Origin: Acidobacteriota bacterium
GTDB taxonomy: Bacteria > Acidobacteriota > Vicinamibacteria > Marinacidobacterales > SMYC01
Direction of reading: 5' to 3'
DNA: 64,000 nt
NCBI GenBank assembly: GCA_004356105.1
Contig: SMYC01000060.1
Span: 1,194-65,193, forward strand
The notes under the pieces: generated by a model
Told to the model about the DNA's origin: nothing
Databases searched by the model: none
The model's input: the letters and a program-made list of their open reading frames with translations, nothing else
Position numbers and translations under genes: made by a program
Shown: positions 61,829 through 64,000 of the stretch, in pieces
How the letters are laid out: each line of letters begins with the position of its first letter
Position numbering within the stretch: position 1 is the stretch's first letter

Positions 61829-63033
61829 TATCGAGCACCCGTCGATGCCGCGGTGATCGAAGCTTCGACGCTCGCCACCACGTGCTCTATTTCATCGAGC
61901 GCGTTCGGCCAGTGCGGCGAAAAGCGCAGGTATCCGTCCGGAGCGGTACAGAAGATGCCGGCCTCCGCGATCGCCTTTTGGAGCGCCCTCGCATCGACAT
62001 CCGTGGGAGGCGCCAAGCTCAATATCCCCGACCGCTGCTCGCGCTTCGCCGAGCGCAAGCTCTCGAAACCGAGCTGCACGAGCTTCGGCTCGAGCATATC
62101 GAGATAGCCGTTGACATGGTCGAAGATAGCCTCGGGAGACAGCTGAAGGAGCAGGTCGAGCGAGGCTTCGAGAGCGGCACAACCGACCGTGCTGAAGCTC
62201 CCCGACTCGAGAAAGTCGATGCCTGTACGGATGGGCCGGTCATAGCGCAAATTCCCAGGACCTTCGAGCAAGAACGCGACCGGACTCTCGTGGCTGAGCC
62301 ATCCCGCGACGTACGGACGCAAAGCTGCCGCCTTGTCCGCGGCCGCGTAGACGAAGGCGATCCCGTCAATGGCCATCATCCATTTATGGCTGCCGCATAC
62401 GAGATAGTCGATGCCTTCGACCACCACATCCATAGGCACCGCGCCGAGACCTTGGATCGCGTCCACACAAATCTCTGCACCGGCCGCGTGACACCGAAGG
62501 CTCAACTCAAGGACGGGCATGCGGAAGCCTGTCTGAAACTCGATGGTGCTCACGGCAACAAGACGGACGCCTCGCTCGAGCGCTTCCGAAAAACGCCTGA
62601 GTGCCCGCTCTTCGTCCACACGAAACTCGGACGCCGAAAGCATGACGATCTCGAGCTCGTAGAGCTCTGCCGCGCGTTGCCATGGCGTTACGTTCGTCGG
62701 GAACTCACCGTCGAAAACAACGACGCGGTCACCCCTCTCCCATGGAAAACAGAGCGCTATCTTGACAAGCCCCTCCGTGGTGCTCGAAACGAAGGCGAGA
62801 TCGTCGGGCGCTCCCCCGACGAGTGTTGCTAGCTTGTCTTTCAGCCGCTTCCGTTGCTCGTGCCACGAGAAGAACGCGCCGAGACCTCGTCGCCCGTAAT
62901 CGTCCATGCATGCACGCATCGCTTCGCGCACGGCGAGCGACCAGGGCGACATCGCCGCGTGGTTCAGATAGGCGCGCGGCTCGAGGTCCGGGAAGAGCTC
63001 ACGACTCCCGAAGCGCGCTTCGAATCTCGCCAT
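61828..63033 (-). CDS. Class V aminotransferase-fold PLP enzyme (cysteine desulfurase / selenocysteine-lyase-like).
   Basis: It has the PLP-lysine segment SGSHKWMMAIDGIAFVY, and the N-terminus reads MARFEARFGSRELFPDLEPRAYLNHAAMSP. The start could alternatively be 63054. Confidence 0.8.
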   Translation of the reverse strand: MARFEARFGSRELFPDLEPRAYLNHAAMSPWSLAVREAMRACMDDYGRRGLGAFFSWHEQRKRLKDKLATLVGGAPDDLAFVSSTTEGLVKIALCFPWERGDRVVVFDGEFPTNVTPWQRAAELYELEIVMLSASEFRVDEERALRRFSEALERGVRLVAVSTIEFQTGFRMPVLELSLRCHAAGAEICVDAIQGLGAVPMDVVVEGIDYLVCGSHKWMMAIDGIAFVYAAADKAAALRPYVAGWLSHESPVAFLLEGPGNLRYDRPIRTGIDFLESGSFSTVGCAALEASLDLLLQLSPEAIFDHVNGYLDMLEPKLVQLGFESLRSAKREQRSGILSLAPPTDVDARALQKAIAEAGIFCTAPDGYLRFSPHWPNALDEIEHVVASVEASITAASTGAR

Positions 63034-63121
63034 GGGACGATTGTATCCTGACATTGCCGACTCCGGATTGAAGCATCCGACTGGCAAAGCGGCTTCCAAA
63101 TTGGCATGCTAGTGCTCAACT

Positions 63122-63970
63122 ATGGAATTTCGAGCCATGATCGTGATACCGCTCGCGGTCGTCTTCGCTTCGTCGGCATTCCTCACAGCGGAGCAGTCGA
63201 GCGTTTCGTCTTTTGGCCGCGACGCAGAACGCTTCCGCAATCTGGATGTCTTCGCTGTCGCAGCGCACCGATCCCTCGACACGGATTGCGACGACGTCGT
63301 GGAGCTCGGCGATCTAGCTTCCGTCCAGGAGTTGTCACCCGAAGAGCCGCGAGCCCAGGCCAGGTTGCGCACCTTCGATCCCGACGAGGACGGCCACGTC
63401 ACACCGGCCGAGCTCGCGGCAGGCATTCGCGCGGGTGCGCGCGAGCAGGTCGACATCACGATGCTCACGGACGCCAACGACGATGGCGAGCTGTCTCTCA
63501 AAGAACACGCGCTGGGTTTTCCGGACCATGAAGGAAAGCCGGATGCTAACGGTTTTACGCCCCGACAGCTCCAAAGCTTCGGGTTTCTCGACCAAGACGG
63601 CGATGGAAGGGTAACTCGCGAGGAAATCACCGTTCGGCACGAAGCAACGTTTTTATTGATTTTCTGGACACGGATCGTGTCGCACCACATGGAGCGCATC
63701 GATACCGACGGAGACGGCTTGCTACGCATCGATGAATTCGCGAAGGGGCTCGGCTACGACTCCGGTGCCGAGCTTCCTTCCGAACAACGCGCCTGGTACG
63801 ACATCGTTGCGAATCGCCATCAAGGGGAGAGCGCCATCTCCCTTCGAGTGTTTCGCATCCAGCTCCTTCAAGACCGGCCTATCTCGTCGCGTTTGTCCAT
63901 GGAGCGCCCGATCCTCTCGCTGCTCTTCCCCGCTTGCCAGTCAGCGGACAATATAGGAGATCATCCGTGA
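63122..63970 (+). CDS. Secreted EF-hand calcium-binding protein with 4 canonical loops.
   Basis: It has a signal peptide and the loops DPDEDGHVTPAE, DANDDGELSLKE, DQDGDGRVTREE and DTDGDGLLRIDE. Confidence 0.75.
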   Translation: MEFRAMIVIPLAVVFASSAFLTAEQSSVSSFGRDAERFRNLDVFAVAAHRSLDTDCDDVVELGDLASVQELSPEEPRAQARLRTFDPDEDGHVTPAELAAGIRAGAREQVDITMLTDANDDGELSLKEHALGFPDHEGKPDANGFTPRQLQSFGFLDQDGDGRVTREEITVRHEATFLLIFWTRIVSHHMERIDTDGDGLLRIDEFAKGLGYDSGAELPSEQRAWYDIVANRHQGESAISLRVFRIQLLQDRPISSRLSMERPILSLLFPACQSADNIGDHP

Positions 63971-64000
63971 TCTATTCGAGATCGACACCGCTCGCAGTCA

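Overview
This is a high-GC (roughly 65%) bacterial chromosomal segment with about 55 protein-coding genes. No rRNA, tRNA or CRISPR array was recognised. The gene content suggests a soil lineage of Gemmatimonadota, Acidobacteriota or Myxococcota type: Ser/Thr kinases fused to TolB-like beta-propellers, a giant REC plus coiled-coil AglZ/FrzS-like protein, and BNR/sortilin and PQQ-propeller secreted proteins.

The most unusual locus is at the 5' end. A four-gene, translationally coupled operon encodes a small multi-Cys zinc-ribbon protein, a ThiF/MoeB-type E1-like enzyme, a UBC-fold E2-like protein with the HPN...Cys active-site signature, and an uncharacterised 296-aa protein. No JAB deubiquitinase or beta-grasp Ubl gene is visible. 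The operon sits next to an IS481-like transposase remnant and a 64-bp near-perfect palindrome. It looks like an uncharacterised minimal bacterial ubiquitin-like conjugation cassette, but the E1 carries a +1 frameshift in its Rossmann G-loop.

The other housekeeping blocks are:
- a complete 'hydantoinase process' cluster (D-hydantoinase, N-carbamoyl-D-amino-acid amidohydrolase, hydantoin/Asp-Glu racemase, SSF permease, amino-acid ABC transporter);
- a thrA(AK-HSD)-asd-thrB-thrC operon;
- divergent lacZ(GH2)/glpD-glpF;
- a fadB-like gene.

The other signalling and mobile modules are:
- a vapBC toxin-antitoxin cassette bracketed by ~140-bp direct repeats that carry a 24-bp perfect palindrome;
- a pilin-like two-gene operon followed by a HAMP/adenylate-cyclase/Ser-Thr-kinase fusion;
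- a Macro-domain plus alpha/beta-hydrolase pair;
- a 1300-aa REC-coiled-coil protein convergent with a GGDEF cyclase;
- a small island bracketed by ORF6N-domain paralogues that contains a secreted CxxCH plus prenyltransferase-repeat protein;
- a cysteine-desulfurase-like/rhodanese pair.

Several genes carry single-base frameshifts, often at homopolymers (E1, a TolB-kinase with three, an O-methyltransferase, a second ORF6N copy and an MBL gene), and there are several truncated gene remnants. These are either genuine pseudogenes or indel errors and need read-level checking. All calls are from reading the translated frames by eye; no database searches were run.
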